Source: an uncultured Chloroflexia bacterium
GTDB taxonomy: Bacteria; Chloroflexota; Limnocylindria; Limnocylindrales; CSP1-4
Reading direction: 5' to 3'
DNA: 64,000 nt
Assembly: GCA_963720755.1 (NCBI GenBank)
Contig: CAVRGP010000011.1
Span: 288,001 to 352,000, forward strand
Below are positions 49,007 through 58,584 of the stretch, piece after piece. Position 1 is the first letter of the stretch. Every line of letters starts with the position of its first letter. The notes under the pieces were generated by a model that did not search any database, was not told the DNA's origin, and saw only the letters and a program-made list of their open reading frames with translations. A program made the position numbers and the translations under genes.

Positions 49007-49852
49007 TCAGGTTCGTGGCGTCCCACCCTGGTCGCGCAGGAACCGCTCGATGTCCGAGATGAGGTCGTCGCCCGAGGGCAGGCGCTGTTCGTCATACATC
49101 GCCTCGAGGCGCTCGACGTACCCGCGCGTCGTCTCGTCGACCCCGGCGGCGGTATCGAGCCGGGTGCGTAACTCACGGGCCTCATCGGCCAGCGCCGGCG
49201 CCAGGATCTCCGTGCCCAGGTGGACGCTGAGCGTGCCCAGCAAGGCGACCGCTGCGGTCGCATACGGTCCTGACACGTAGTGGGGGACCTGGGCGAAGTA
49301 GCCGAGCGCCGGGATGCCGGCGGCCGCGACCTCGATCTCGAGCGCGGAGATGAGCGCCGCCGGCACGCGAAGAGTCCCGGCGGGTCCGGCCAGGACATCG
49401 CCACGCAACAGCCCGGGTGACGCTTCGGTGCCCATGATCGGCACGGACCGCGTGTGGGGTACAGCGGCCGGGATCGCCCCGACGCTGACCCACTCGACCA
49501 CGCCGAGCCGCCGGACGAGCTCGAGGGTGGCCGCGGTGAACGCGCGCCAGCGGTAGTCCGGTTCCGGGCCGACGAGGACGAGCAGGTCGCGCTCTTCGAG
49601 GCGGGTCCGGCGTAGCGTGAGTTCGGGCCAGGTCAGGCTGGTCAAGCGGCCGTCGACGATCTCGAGTGGCGGGCGTCGGGCCCGGTAGTCGAACAGCCGG
49701 TCGGCATCGAACGTCGCCACGACATCGCCGTCATCCGCGAGGATCTGCAAGGCCGTGGTCGCCGCCGAGCCTGCATCCACCCAGCCGTCGAATGCCGCGA
49801 GCACCACGGGTTCGATGAGTTCGCGGCTGTCGTCGAGGGTGTACAGGCTCAT
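49007..49852 (-). CDS. PAC2 (proteasome assembly chaperone) family protein
   Basis: FDGWVDAG, DYRARRP, GPEPDYRW, VPHTR, QVPHY. Confidence 0.92.
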   Translation of the reverse strand: MSLYTLDDSRELIEPVVLAAFDGWVDAGSAATTALQILADDGDVVATFDADRLFDYRARRPPLEIVDGRLTSLTWPELTLRRTRLEERDLLVLVGPEPDYRWRAFTAATLELVRRLGVVEWVSVGAIPAAVPHTRSVPIMGTEASPGLLRGDVLAGPAGTLRVPAALISALEIEVAAAGIPALGYFAQVPHYVSGPYATAAVALLGTLSVHLGTEILAPALADEARELRTRLDTAAGVDETTRGYVERLEAMYDEQRLPSGDDLISDIERFLRDQGGTPRT

Positions 49853-49952
49853 GGGCAAGAGGATATGCGACGGCGGGTCGGACGGTCGTCCCCGCCGGCT
49901 CGGGTACACTGCCTCGACGCACCCTGTGACGGTGCATCGAAAGGACGGACCG

Positions 49953-50213
49953 TTGGCCAGGCATTCCAAGTTCGAGCGCGAGCGCCGTCAGGCGGAATCG
50001 GAGCGCGTCAAGCAGATCGAGGCTGCCTGGATGGGGAGTCTGCCGACGGCGACCGCGAAGGCGTTCGCCGAATCGGTCGCGGCCGCCCGCGCCCGTGGTC
50101 CGGAGGAGAAGCGACCGGATATGGCGCCGGGAACGGCGCCCCGTCCGCCTCGGCCGGGCCACGAACCGAAGCCACCGAAGGAAGAGCGGCCGCGCCGCTC
50201 GAACCGCGACTAA
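49953..50213 (+). CDS. Small basic/Pro-rich hypothetical protein
   Basis: TTG start after AAGGACGGA; MARHSKFERERR...; fills the gap. Confidence 0.6.
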   Translation: MARHSKFERERRQAESERVKQIEAAWMGSLPTATAKAFAESVAAARARGPEEKRPDMAPGTAPRPPRPGHEPKPPKEERPRRSNRD

Positions 50214-50250
50214 GCAGGCCCGATCGGCACTGTCGCGCGTGGCACCGCGG

Positions 50251-50994
50251 TCACGGCGTCGCTGACGGCGCGACACCGCTGGCGGCGACGGCTGCCAACG
50301 CCTCGCTCGCGAGCGTCTCGTCGTCCGTCCAGATGTCGAACGCGTACTCGTCCCGAGCGTAGATGTAGCTCGCGGGTACGCCATCCTGGCCGAAGTCGAT
50401 CTTCTTGACTGCGGATCCGGCGAGCGTGACATCGGTCACGACCAGGTCCGGGTTATCACCCTTCCAGGCGGCGAGCAGCGCGTCACTCAGGGCGGCGCCG
50501 TCGACCCCGGGAACGTGGTAGACGTCGATGCTGACGTCGATGCCCTGTGTGGGATCCGATGCCTCCGCGAGGTGCAGGTCCGTCGCCGTCTTGTCGACGC
50601 TGGTCAGGAAATCCGAGATCGTCGTACTCCAGCCGTCATCGGTCAGGATCGCGCTCCCGTCGACGCTCTGGACATCGAGCGCGACGCCGCCGACCGTGGT
50701 CGGCAGGATGGTCTCGAGGGCGGGGTCGTCGTGACTCGGTTCGATCGGCGGCGCACTCGAGGCGTCCACGAGTCCAGGGTCGGCAGAATCGCTGGCCGTC
50801 GGCGAGGCGACCGCAGCGATGGGCGCCGGTTCGCGCACGGCGAGGAGAACGACGGTGGTCCACCCGGCGGCGGCGGCGATGAGGGCGACGATCGCGATCG
50901 CCTGCCAGACATTCGTGCCCGTCGAACCCTGGTAGGAGCGATGGCGGTCCAGGCTATCCCTGGTCCGACGTGTTCGGTCTGACTTTTCGCGCAC
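50251..50994 (-). CDS. Membrane-anchored acidic hypothetical protein
   Basis: AGGAGG then GTG; N-terminal TM helix; DPALETILPTTVGG. Confidence 0.7.
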   Translation of the reverse strand: MREKSDRTRRTRDSLDRHRSYQGSTGTNVWQAIAIVALIAAAAGWTTVVLLAVREPAPIAAVASPTASDSADPGLVDASSAPPIEPSHDDPALETILPTTVGGVALDVQSVDGSAILTDDGWSTTISDFLTSVDKTATDLHLAEASDPTQGIDVSIDVYHVPGVDGAALSDALLAAWKGDNPDLVVTDVTLAGSAVKKIDFGQDGVPASYIYARDEYAFDIWTDDETLASEALAAVAASGVAPSATP

Positions 50995-51055
50995 GCGTCC
51001 TCCTGGATCGGTCGTCTGTCGGGCGAGCGTAAGAGTACCGCCGATCGGCGGTTGG

Positions 51056-52582
51056 TCAGTCTGGCCGGGCCGGTGCTGCCCATAGACCCGCGAGGTCGCC
51101 GCGTCGGGTCACCGACCGTCGGTCGGGTGGCGTCGCGCAGATCCCAGCGTCCGGTGGCTCGGTCGGGACGGCACCGAGCGATCCGGGGAGCGGACGGCCA
51201 CCGACCGCCTGTTCCAGGTCGAACGCGAACCCCAGCAGGGTCGGTTCGGACAGGAAACCGGCTGACAGCCACACGCCGCCGGGCCTGCCTTCGGGTGTCA
51301 CGCCGGTCGGAACGGAGATGTTCGGGTACCCGGACACCGCCGGACCCGACGAGTCCCCATAGGCGGGGCCGACGATGGCATCGAGCCGATGCTCAGTGAG
51401 GACTCGGTCGATCCCGCGTCTCCGGGTCAAGTCCAGGCAACGCCGCCGCGCCTCGACATACGCCGGATCGTCGAGGCCTGTCGTCGCTGCAGCGACGTGG
51501 AAGAGTTCCTGCCCGAAGTATCGCAACTCAGCGTCACAGTTCGCATCGTTGAACGCGATGAGATCGGCCAGCGATCGCATCGACGTGCGCCGGAGGCCAG
51601 CCAGATACGATGCCAGATCGGCCTTGAATTCGGTGAGGAGAACGGTCAGTTCGTCCTCCTCGAAGCCGTCTGAATCAGGCGGGTCGATCGGGTCGACCAG
51701 GGTCGCTCCCAGCGATGCCATCCGTTCGAAGGCGCGTTCGGCGACAACGTTCAACCCGGGGTTCGGATGAGCGCCGTCCCCGAATGCGCGCCGATCGATC
51801 CCGATCCGCGCACCGCGCAGGGCGCCCTGCCGCAAGGCGGACCGATAGTCCCGCGGCAACCGCCGGCCGCGAACCTCCCCGAACGGCGATCGGAGGACAT
51901 TGAGCGCCAGGGCGACGTCGGCCACCGTCCGGCCCATCGGTCCGGCCGTGTCCTGGCTGTGGGCGATCGGGATGATTCCGTCCTGCGCGACCAGACCGAC
52001 CGTCGGTTTGAGGCCGACGACGGCATTGCTCCCGGCGGGGCACACGATCGATCCGTCCGTTTCCGTGCCGACCGCCAGCGCGCAGAGGTTGGCCGCGACG
52101 GCGACGGCGGACCCGGAGCTCGACCCGCACGGGTCGAGGGCGAGATCGTAGGGGTTCCTGGTCGATCCGCCGCGGGCGCTCCATCCGTTGAGATAGAAAC
52201 CCCGGTCCTCGAGCCCGGCCGGCGGGACGCCCCGGAAGTTCGCCCATTCGGACAGGTTGGCCTTGCCGAGGATGACTGCGCCCGCGGCGCGCAGGCGAGC
52301 CACGATCCTGGCGTCGCGCGGCACCCGGCTGCCGACGAGGGCGAGCGAACCGGCGGTCGTCTCCATCGCGTCGTTCGTGGCGATGTTGTCCTTCAGGAGG
52401 ACCGGGATCCCGTGGAGCGGTCCCCGGAACCGGTGAGCGGCGCGCTCGGTATCGCGACGGCGGGCGACGGCGAGCGCGTCCGGATTCGTTTCGATGACCG
52501 CGTGGAGGGTCGGATCCACGCGGTCGATCCGGCGGAGGTAGGCGTCGGTCAGCTCAACGCTGCTGATGCTGCCCGACGCCAT
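51056..52582 (-). CDS. Amidase signature family enzyme (true start probably further upstream)
   Basis: [32 protein letters not shown]. Confidence 0.93.
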   Translation of the reverse strand: MASGSISSVELTDAYLRRIDRVDPTLHAVIETNPDALAVARRRDTERAAHRFRGPLHGIPVLLKDNIATNDAMETTAGSLALVGSRVPRDARIVARLRAAGAVILGKANLSEWANFRGVPPAGLEDRGFYLNGWSARGGSTRNPYDLALDPCGSSSGSAVAVAANLCALAVGTETDGSIVCPAGSNAVVGLKPTVGLVAQDGIIPIAHSQDTAGPMGRTVADVALALNVLRSPFGEVRGRRLPRDYRSALRQGALRGARIGIDRRAFGDGAHPNPGLNVVAERAFERMASLGATLVDPIDPPDSDGFEEDELTVLLTEFKADLASYLAGLRRTSMRSLADLIAFNDANCDAELRYFGQELFHVAAATTGLDDPAYVEARRRCLDLTRRRGIDRVLTEHRLDAIVGPAYGDSSGPAVSGYPNISVPTGVTPEGRPGGVWLSAGFLSEPTLLGFAFDLEQAVGGRPLPGSLGAVPTEPPDAGICATPPDRRSVTRRGDLAGLWAAPARPD

Positions 52583-52681
52583 CGCGGCTCCGAGTTCTGC
52601 GATCGACGCCTCGAACCACGGGGCGCCGCGGTCGGGGTCCCGCCCTGGTGCCAGTGGCCCGTTGATGGCCGCCGTGCCGAT

Positions 52682-53236
52682 CTACGCGGCCCGCTTGATG
52701 ACGAACGGATCGTGATGGGGATGGAGGCCGGCGCGTCCGAGCCAGATCCGTCGGACCGGGAGCTTCGCTCCGGCCATGGCACCCCTGACCCGTAGCTGGG
52801 TGGCGCAGGCGGTGCGGATGTCAAGGCCGTCCACGCCGCCGTGATTCACGAAGCGGTAGGTCAGCGTCAGTCCGTCGCCGCTCAGGGTGTAGGTGTCGCG
52901 CGATTCGAGACGTCGCGGCACGACGGTCAGTGGCTGGTCAGAGACGATCTTCCCCGTGAAGACCACCCCTGCCGAGCCGCGGTGCGTGACCCGAAGGTGC
53001 CATCCCTTCGCGTTGTGCCAGAGGTAGTCGCCGGCGGCACCGTGCGCCTGGAGGGTGACTGGTCGGCCCTGGGTCCGTGCCGGCCAATGGCCAGCGGTAC
53101 AACTCGCGGCGACGGTGGTCGCGGGCATGGCGGCTGGGCTCGCCGCGATCGACGTCGCCGGGGCGATGAGCGCGGCGCTCACGATCGCGACCCCGAACAG
53201 AGTGCGCAGCAGGACGCGACGACGGTGGTGGTGCAT
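52682..53236 (-). CDS. Secreted basic hypothetical protein
   Basis: AGGGGAG RBS; MHHHRRRVLL followed by a hydrophobic signal (possibly Tat). Confidence 0.7.
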   Translation of the reverse strand: MHHHRRRVLLRTLFGVAIVSAALIAPATSIAASPAAMPATTVAASCTAGHWPARTQGRPVTLQAHGAAGDYLWHNAKGWHLRVTHRGSAGVVFTGKIVSDQPLTVVPRRLESRDTYTLSGDGLTLTYRFVNHGGVDGLDIRTACATQLRVRGAMAGAKLPVRRIWLGRAGLHPHHDPFVIKRAA

Positions 53237-53401
53237 GGATGAACTCCCCTCGATCACTGTGGTCGTTGGCGCGTGTGACCATGGTCCATGGTCCATGGCC
53301 ATGAGGAATGGGTCAAGACGGCGCCGTCCCGCTCCCGACCCGGGGGGAATCGTTCGACCCGGGTCGACTGACGGCCCGGGTCGGGGATCTACGCTGGTTC
53401 G

Positions 53402-53422
53402 GCGGGTCGTTGGTCGACCCGC
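53402..53422 (-). terminator. Hairpin downstream of the CxxC-x17-CxxC gene
   Basis: GCGGGTCG-ttggt-CGACCCGC. Confidence 0.4.
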
Positions 53423-53437
53423 ACCGAGAGGATAGGG

Positions 53438-53809
53438 TCAGCCGCCGCGCTGGCTGCGGAAGCAATCACTGCAGTAGACCGGCTTGCCGCTGGTCGGTCG
53501 GAAGGGGACCGAAGCCTCCTTGCCGCACGACGAGCAGGTGGCGCTGAACATCTCGCGCGGACCGCGATCGTAGCCGCCACCGCCGTAGCTGCCGGCGCCG
53601 CTCGAATAGCCGCCGCCGGAGCTGTAGCCGCCACCGGAGCTATAGCCACCGCCACCCTCGGCGTTCCGGGCTGCCTTGCGGCTGGCTCGGCACGACGGGC
53701 AGCGACGGGGCTCGGTGAAGCCACGCTGCGAATAGAAATCCTGCTCGGAAGCGGTGAACACGAACTCTTGTGAGCAATCCGCGCAGGTCAGGTTCTTGTC
53801 GTTGTACAC
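53438..53809 (-). CDS. Zinc-ribbon + CxxC-x17-CxxC domain protein with a GGGYSS linker
   Basis: LTCADC..FVFTASEQDFY..PRRCPSCR; CSSCG..VPFRP..PVYCSDCF. Confidence 0.93.
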   Translation of the reverse strand: MYNDKNLTCADCSQEFVFTASEQDFYSQRGFTEPRRCPSCRASRKAARNAEGGGGYSSGGGYSSGGGYSSGAGSYGGGGYDRGPREMFSATCSSCGKEASVPFRPTSGKPVYCSDCFRSQRGG

Positions 53810-53819
53810 GAAAACGAAA

Positions 53820-53878
53820 ACTCCTCTCGGGTAGCCAACGCGATCCCGTCGGGTTCTCGCGTCAGTCGTGAGAGGAGT
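53820..53878 (-). promoter_or_regulatory. 5' leader hairpin sequestering the RBS
   Basis: In the mRNA, ACUCCUCUC pairs with GAGAGGAGU (contains the SD); inner stem ACGCGA/UCGCGU. Confidence 0.55.
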
Positions 53879-54038
53879 CCGAGTGCGTGCGTCGAGCTAC
53901 GTTTCTGGCCGCCGGTCGATCCGGTCGCGCCTTGACACATCCCATCATAGGCGAACGACGGCAAACCCGCCATCCTCCGTCAAGCGCAACGGTGACGGGC
54001 TCGACGAGGCGACACGCGCTCTGCCACCATGGCCGACC

Positions 54039-55313
54039 ATGATCGAGATATCTGCCGTCACCGCCCGCCGCTACGTCATGGGTCGTCAGGGCCTTTGGCC
54101 CGGTCGGCGCTGGGCCGGGCTCGACGGGGCGGGCGCGGCGATGCGCGCGATGGAGGACCTCCAGCTTGACCCTCTCGTCGTCGTCGCTCGGGCCCACGAC
54201 CTTGCCCTGCACGCTCGGGTCGCTGGCTACTCCCTCGGCGATTGGGCGACCCTGACCTACGACCGGCGCGAGTTCTTCGAGTGGGGTGGCTGGCTGGCCG
54301 TTCGGCCGATGGACGAACTGCCCTATTTCCGCCTGCTCATGCGGCGGGAACGTGAACAGGGCCATTGGCGGGAGGTGGAATCGGAACACGCTCTCGCGAT
54401 CGAGGAGATGCGGGCGGTCCTGCGTTCCGGGCGCGAGGTCAGCAATCGCGATTTCCTGATGGGTGAGCGGACCCGGATCGACAGCTACCGGGGGCGCAAG
54501 GACAGTGCGCTGGCGCTCCACTACCTGTGGCGGGTCGGCGAGGCCATGGTGGCTCGCCGGGTGCGGTTCGAGCGCGTCTACGCGGCGAGTGGATCGGTGG
54601 CCCCGGCCTGGGCCCTCGGTGATGTTGACGAGGCCGAGGCGGAGGAGCGGCTGGTCCTCAAGTCGGTGGCCGCCACCGGGCTATCGCGGCTCACTGGGTT
54701 GAATTACCTGCTCAAGCGCACCGTCCCCGCGACCGAGCTGGCTGGCTGGCGTCGGCGATGGCTGGATCGGGGCGACCTGGTGGAGGTCCGGGTCGAGGGC
54801 CGGAAAGCGCCCCAGCTGGCGCCGGGGTCGGACCTCGAGGTGCTCGGCGAACTCCATGCGGGCCGGCTTCCCACGGGCTGGGAGCCTGTCGAATCGACGA
54901 CCGAACAGGAGGCGACGTTCCTGTCGCCCCTCGACCCGGTCTCCGCGCGAGGTCGGGCGAAAGGACTGTTCGGGTTCGACTACACGTGGGAGGTCTACAA
55001 ACCGGTGGAGCAGCGTCGGTTCGGCTACTACACGATGCCGATCCTGTGGGGAGATCGACTGGTCGGCCGGTTCGATCCGAAGCTCGACCGCTCGACCGGC
55101 ACCTTGATGATCCTCGGCCTGTGGCTCGAGGACGAACGGTCGGGCCGGGACGACGCCTTCGCCGAGGCGCTCGGTCAGGGGATGACCCGGTTCGTGCGGT
55201 TGCTCGGGGCCGAGCGGATCGACGTCTCGGCGGTGCCCTACCCGAGGCTTCGAAAGCGGCTTCGTGCGGCCCGCCCGGTCAATCGGCGGAGACGGACGCC
55301 GGTACCGACCTGA
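54039..55313 (+). CDS. AlkZ/YcaQ-like crosslink-repair DNA glycosylase (HTH_42)
   Basis: LQLDPLVVVARAH, FLSPLDP, FGFDYTWEVYKP..RRFGYY. Confidence 0.9.
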   Translation: MIEISAVTARRYVMGRQGLWPGRRWAGLDGAGAAMRAMEDLQLDPLVVVARAHDLALHARVAGYSLGDWATLTYDRREFFEWGGWLAVRPMDELPYFRLLMRREREQGHWREVESEHALAIEEMRAVLRSGREVSNRDFLMGERTRIDSYRGRKDSALALHYLWRVGEAMVARRVRFERVYAASGSVAPAWALGDVDEAEAEERLVLKSVAATGLSRLTGLNYLLKRTVPATELAGWRRRWLDRGDLVEVRVEGRKAPQLAPGSDLEVLGELHAGRLPTGWEPVESTTEQEATFLSPLDPVSARGRAKGLFGFDYTWEVYKPVEQRRFGYYTMPILWGDRLVGRFDPKLDRSTGTLMILGLWLEDERSGRDDAFAEALGQGMTRFVRLLGAERIDVSAVPYPRLRKRLRAARPVNRRRRTPVPT

Positions 55314-56460
55314 GGTCGCCACGAGCGATCCATAGAAGGGCGAGTCCGCACCCGCCGGCCAGGACGGCCGCGCCGATCATCGCGGCGCCCAGACCGACGC
55401 TCACCGACATGAACCCCATCACCGGCGGATAGAGCACCGCGCCGATCACCGCCGTGCCCGACAGGAACCCACTGACCGCCGCGCTGCGAGCCGGATAGCG
55501 ATCGCCTGCGACGGCCATGATCAGCGGATAGATCGGCCCGAACGCGAACCCGACGACAGCGAACAGCGCGATCGAGACGGTCAGCGACGGGACGAGGACC
55601 GCCGCCACCAGGGTCCCGCTCGCGACGAATGCGGCCGACGCAGCGAACCGGGCGTGATCGAAGCGGTCTCCGATCCTTGCGCTGATCAGCCGCGCCAGCG
55701 TCAGGCCACCCCAGAACAGCGCCAGGGCCGACGTCGCGAGCCCGATCGAGGCCGAATCGAGGAACCGGACCAGCCAGTTCGAGACGCCGACCTCCGAGCC
55801 GACATAGAGGGCGATGGCGACCGCGAGCGCGACGAGTGGCAGGGCCAGACGGATCGGCGCCGAGCGCACGTCGGTCGCCCGGGAGTGCCGGCCCGATGGC
55901 TGGTCGGCGGCGGCCACCAGGACCGCGAGCGGGATCGCCGCGACCGCGGTGCCGACCATGACCGATTGCCATCCGATCCCGGCTTCGATCAGTCGTCCGA
56001 CCACGAGTGGCGACGCCAGCGACCCGATACTGAAGCACAGGTGGAGCAGGTTGAGCGAGCGTCCTCGGCTGGTCGGGTACAGATCGAGGATCAACCCGTT
56101 CGTCCCGCCATCGATCGCCCCGGCGCCGAGACCGAACGGGACTGCGCAGGCGAGGAAGACCGGCCACGTGGGCGCTGCGGCCAGGCCGATCAACCCGGCG
56201 GCGATGAACAGGAGCGCCATCGGCAGGACAGCCCGTCGGCCGAGACGTTCCGTGAGCAAGCCACCCAGGATCGAGCCGCCGACATAGGCGATCGAGTTGA
56301 CGAAGAAGAAGATGCCGATCCCGGCATCCGTCTGATCCAGATCGGGTTCGATCGACCGGATGAGGGACGGCACGAGCAGCCCGGTCCAGCCGACGAGTCC
56401 GAGCGCGACACACGCGACGACGGCGGCCAGGTCGGAACGTCTCGGGGCGGGCAGCGCCAT
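55279..56460 (-). CDS. MFS transporter (FucP/TsgA-like)
   Basis: GLLTERLGRR, GAIDGGTN, LHLCFSIG, YVGSEVG. Confidence 0.9.
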   Translation of the reverse strand: MALPAPRRSDLAAVVACVALGLVGWTGLLVPSLIRSIEPDLDQTDAGIGIFFFVNSIAYVGGSILGGLLTERLGRRAVLPMALLFIAAGLIGLAAAPTWPVFLACAVPFGLGAGAIDGGTNGLILDLYPTSRGRSLNLLHLCFSIGSLASPLVVGRLIEAGIGWQSVMVGTAVAAIPLAVLVAAADQPSGRHSRATDVRSAPIRLALPLVALAVAIALYVGSEVGVSNWLVRFLDSASIGLATSALALFWGGLTLARLISARIGDRFDHARFAASAAFVASGTLVAAVLVPSLTVSIALFAVVGFAFGPIYPLIMAVAGDRYPARSAAVSGFLSGTAVIGAVLYPPVMGFMSVSVGLGAAMIGAAVLAGGCGLALLWIARGDLRSVPASVSAD

Positions 56461-56503
56461 GGCAACGATGCTAGCGGTCGCGTCGCCCGTGTATCGTCGG
56501 GTG

Positions 56504-57394
56504 ATGGCCGGATCGACGCCGACGGGCATCCTGTTGTTCGTTCACGGGGCGAACGAGACATCCGAGGGACTCATGGCGAACCTGACCCGCATCGAGGACC
56601 AGGTTCGGTCGCGAGGCTGGGACGTGGCCGTCGTTGCGCCGGAGTGGCGGCGTCACTCGGGATTGCGTCTCGGAGACTGGCGTCGCGCCATCCATCGGCG
56701 CGGCCGACCGTCGCCGATGCCGGTGCCGGTCATCCGCGCCGGGCTCCGCCGGGACACGGTCATGAAGATCGTGACCAACTACTTCGAGGATCGGCGCGAA
56801 GCCCTGTTCGACATCGTGGGGCCACAACTCCTGGCCGACGTGATCGGGTACCACGCCCACCGAGCGTCGATCCAGCTCGTCCTCAAGGAAGCGATGTTGC
56901 AGGCCGCCGCTGCGGCGCAGGGCCGCACGGTGCTGCCGGTCGCGGTAAGCCTTGGCGGCGTCGCTCTGGTCGATCTCATCGCGTCGTGGCCCGACGCGCC
57001 GATCGACGCGTGTGTCACGATCGGCTCGCAGGCCCCACTGCTGTACACCTTCGACGCGATCCCGTCGATGCCGTACGACGAAGCTGACCCACCATTCCTT
57101 CCGGTCCCCTGGCTGAACATCTACGACAGCCGCGATTTCCTGTCGTTCCTGGCCGAGCCGTTGTTCCGTCGATCAGACGGACTGGCGAGCGTGGTCGACC
57201 TGCGCGTTCGGTCGGGCAAGGATTTCCCCCGATCGCACGGCGCCTACTGGGAACTCCCGTCGGTCTGGGACGCCATCGCGACCGCGTTCAGCTGGCGACG
57301 CGTCGAACCGCTCACCGTTCGCGAAGCGCGCCGACTTGGTTTCGAAGCGCGCAAGGCACCGACCCCAGCCGGCGGATCGCCCCCGACGACATGA
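56504..57394 (+). CDS. Alpha/beta-hydrolase-fold protein
   Basis: FVHG, AVSLGG elbow, VTIGSQ, NIYDSRD, SHGAYW. Confidence 0.7.
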   Translation: MAGSTPTGILLFVHGANETSEGLMANLTRIEDQVRSRGWDVAVVAPEWRRHSGLRLGDWRRAIHRRGRPSPMPVPVIRAGLRRDTVMKIVTNYFEDRREALFDIVGPQLLADVIGYHAHRASIQLVLKEAMLQAAAAAQGRTVLPVAVSLGGVALVDLIASWPDAPIDACVTIGSQAPLLYTFDAIPSMPYDEADPPFLPVPWLNIYDSRDFLSFLAEPLFRRSDGLASVVDLRVRSGKDFPRSHGAYWELPSVWDAIATAFSWRRVEPLTVREARRLGFEARKAPTPAGGSPPTT

Positions 57395-57398
57395 AGAT

Positions 57399-57424
57399 GG
57401 CCGCCGAGCGCTGGCTCGGCGGCC
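57399..57424. terminator. Hairpin between convergent genes
   Basis: Perfect 11-bp stem GGCCGCCGAGC-gctg-GCTCGGCGGCC. Confidence 0.65.
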
Positions 57425-57431
57425 TGGGACC

Positions 57432-57539
57432 TCAGGGATGTGCCGCCGCGGCTGCCGAGAGCAGCACCGCCACAACGACCCCAAGGGTCAAGATCGCGTG
57501 CAGGAACAGCCGCGCACGCGGGAATCGTTGGACCTCCAA
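57432..57539 (-). CDS. 35-aa hydrophobic microprotein downstream of the c-di-GMP-I riboswitch
   Basis: AGGAGG-6 nt-TTG; MEVQRFPRARLFLHAILTLGVVVAVLLSAAAAAHP*; terminator-like hairpin 7 bp after the stop. Confidence 0.7.
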   Translation of the reverse strand: MEVQRFPRARLFLHAILTLGVVVAVLLSAAAAAHP

Positions 57540-57552
57540 GGTCCACCTCCTG

Positions 57553-57626
57553 TTCGGCAGCCCGGCTACCTGCGTGAGGCCCGTGGCTTTGCGTCCCCGC
57601 CTCGCGACGGGTTTGCCATTGTCGAT
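57553..57626 (-). promoter_or_regulatory. c-di-GMP-I (GEMM-I) riboswitch
   Basis: Minus strand reads GGCAAACCCGUC-GCGA-GGCGGGGACGCAAAGCCACGGGCCU-cacgc-AGGUAGCCGGGCUGCCGA, matching the GEMM consensus (GGCAAACC..GNRA..GGGACGCAAAGCC..CCGA). Confidence 0.9.
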
Positions 57627-57792
57627 CGATCCCCACCGGGGTCGATGGTGACCGACCGCACCAATGTAGCGGCGGCACGCTCGACGCGCGAGAGGCCTAG
57701 TCGGCTGGCGAATGCCCGTACCATCGTCGTGCGGATCGGAGCGTTGGGTGGTCGGGCTGGCGCGATCGATCGATCCGGGCGACCATGGTTCC

Positions 57793-58512
57793 ATGATTCG
57801 CGCGTCGCGTTCCCAGCCCATCGCCCGGTTCGGCCTTGTCGTCGTCCTGGTCGGGATGATGATGGCGGGCTCGGCGACACTGCCCGCCGGGTCGGTCGCC
57901 GCCTCGACGTGGACCGGCGGTATCGATCTGTATCGGTCCGGCGTGTTCACGACCCAGAAGACCTGGCGCTGGTGCACGGCCGCGGACGTCCAGATCATCC
58001 GCAATATCGTCGACCATAAGACGAACCATTCACGAACAGCGCAGCAGCGCTACTTCGACTACATGCGAGCCCACAATCGGTATGCGATCCCGGTCTCGGA
58101 CGGCGTTGATCCGGCTGGCTGGACGGCTGGTTTGCGTCGCTACGTCGACGACCGATACCGGCTCCGCGCCGATACCAGTTTCAAGGCGGCCATCCGCTCC
58201 GCCGTGAAGAACCTCCGCCGGACCAACCTGCCGATCGCGGTCACGGTTGCCCACGGGAACCACGCCTGGGTCCTGACCGGCTTCACGGCCACGGCCGATC
58301 CAGCCAGGACCGACGCGTTCAAGGTCACCAGCGTCCGCGTCGTCGGTCCGTTATGGGGCCTGCAGAGCCGCACCTATGGGTACGACATGCGACCCGACAC
58401 GAGATTGACCAGGCACCAGTTCAAGTCGTTCTTCACCCCCTGGCACTACGCGCCCGTGACCATGGCCTGGGAGCATCGGTGGGTGTCGGTCCAGCCGATC
58501 GCGGGGACCTGA
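57793..58512 (+). CDS. Secreted papain-like (C39-like) cysteine peptidase
   Basis: Signal peptide; TQKTWRWCTAA (Q-x5-C); GNHAWVLTGF. Confidence 0.65.
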   Translation: MIRASRSQPIARFGLVVVLVGMMMAGSATLPAGSVAASTWTGGIDLYRSGVFTTQKTWRWCTAADVQIIRNIVDHKTNHSRTAQQRYFDYMRAHNRYAIPVSDGVDPAGWTAGLRRYVDDRYRLRADTSFKAAIRSAVKNLRRTNLPIAVTVAHGNHAWVLTGFTATADPARTDAFKVTSVRVVGPLWGLQSRTYGYDMRPDTRLTRHQFKSFFTPWHYAPVTMAWEHRWVSVQPIAGT

Positions 58513-58584
58513 TCAGGGATCGGCCGTGGACTGGGCGGCGCACGGCGGTCGCGATGATCCGGAGCGCCGCCTGAGTCCTCAGAC

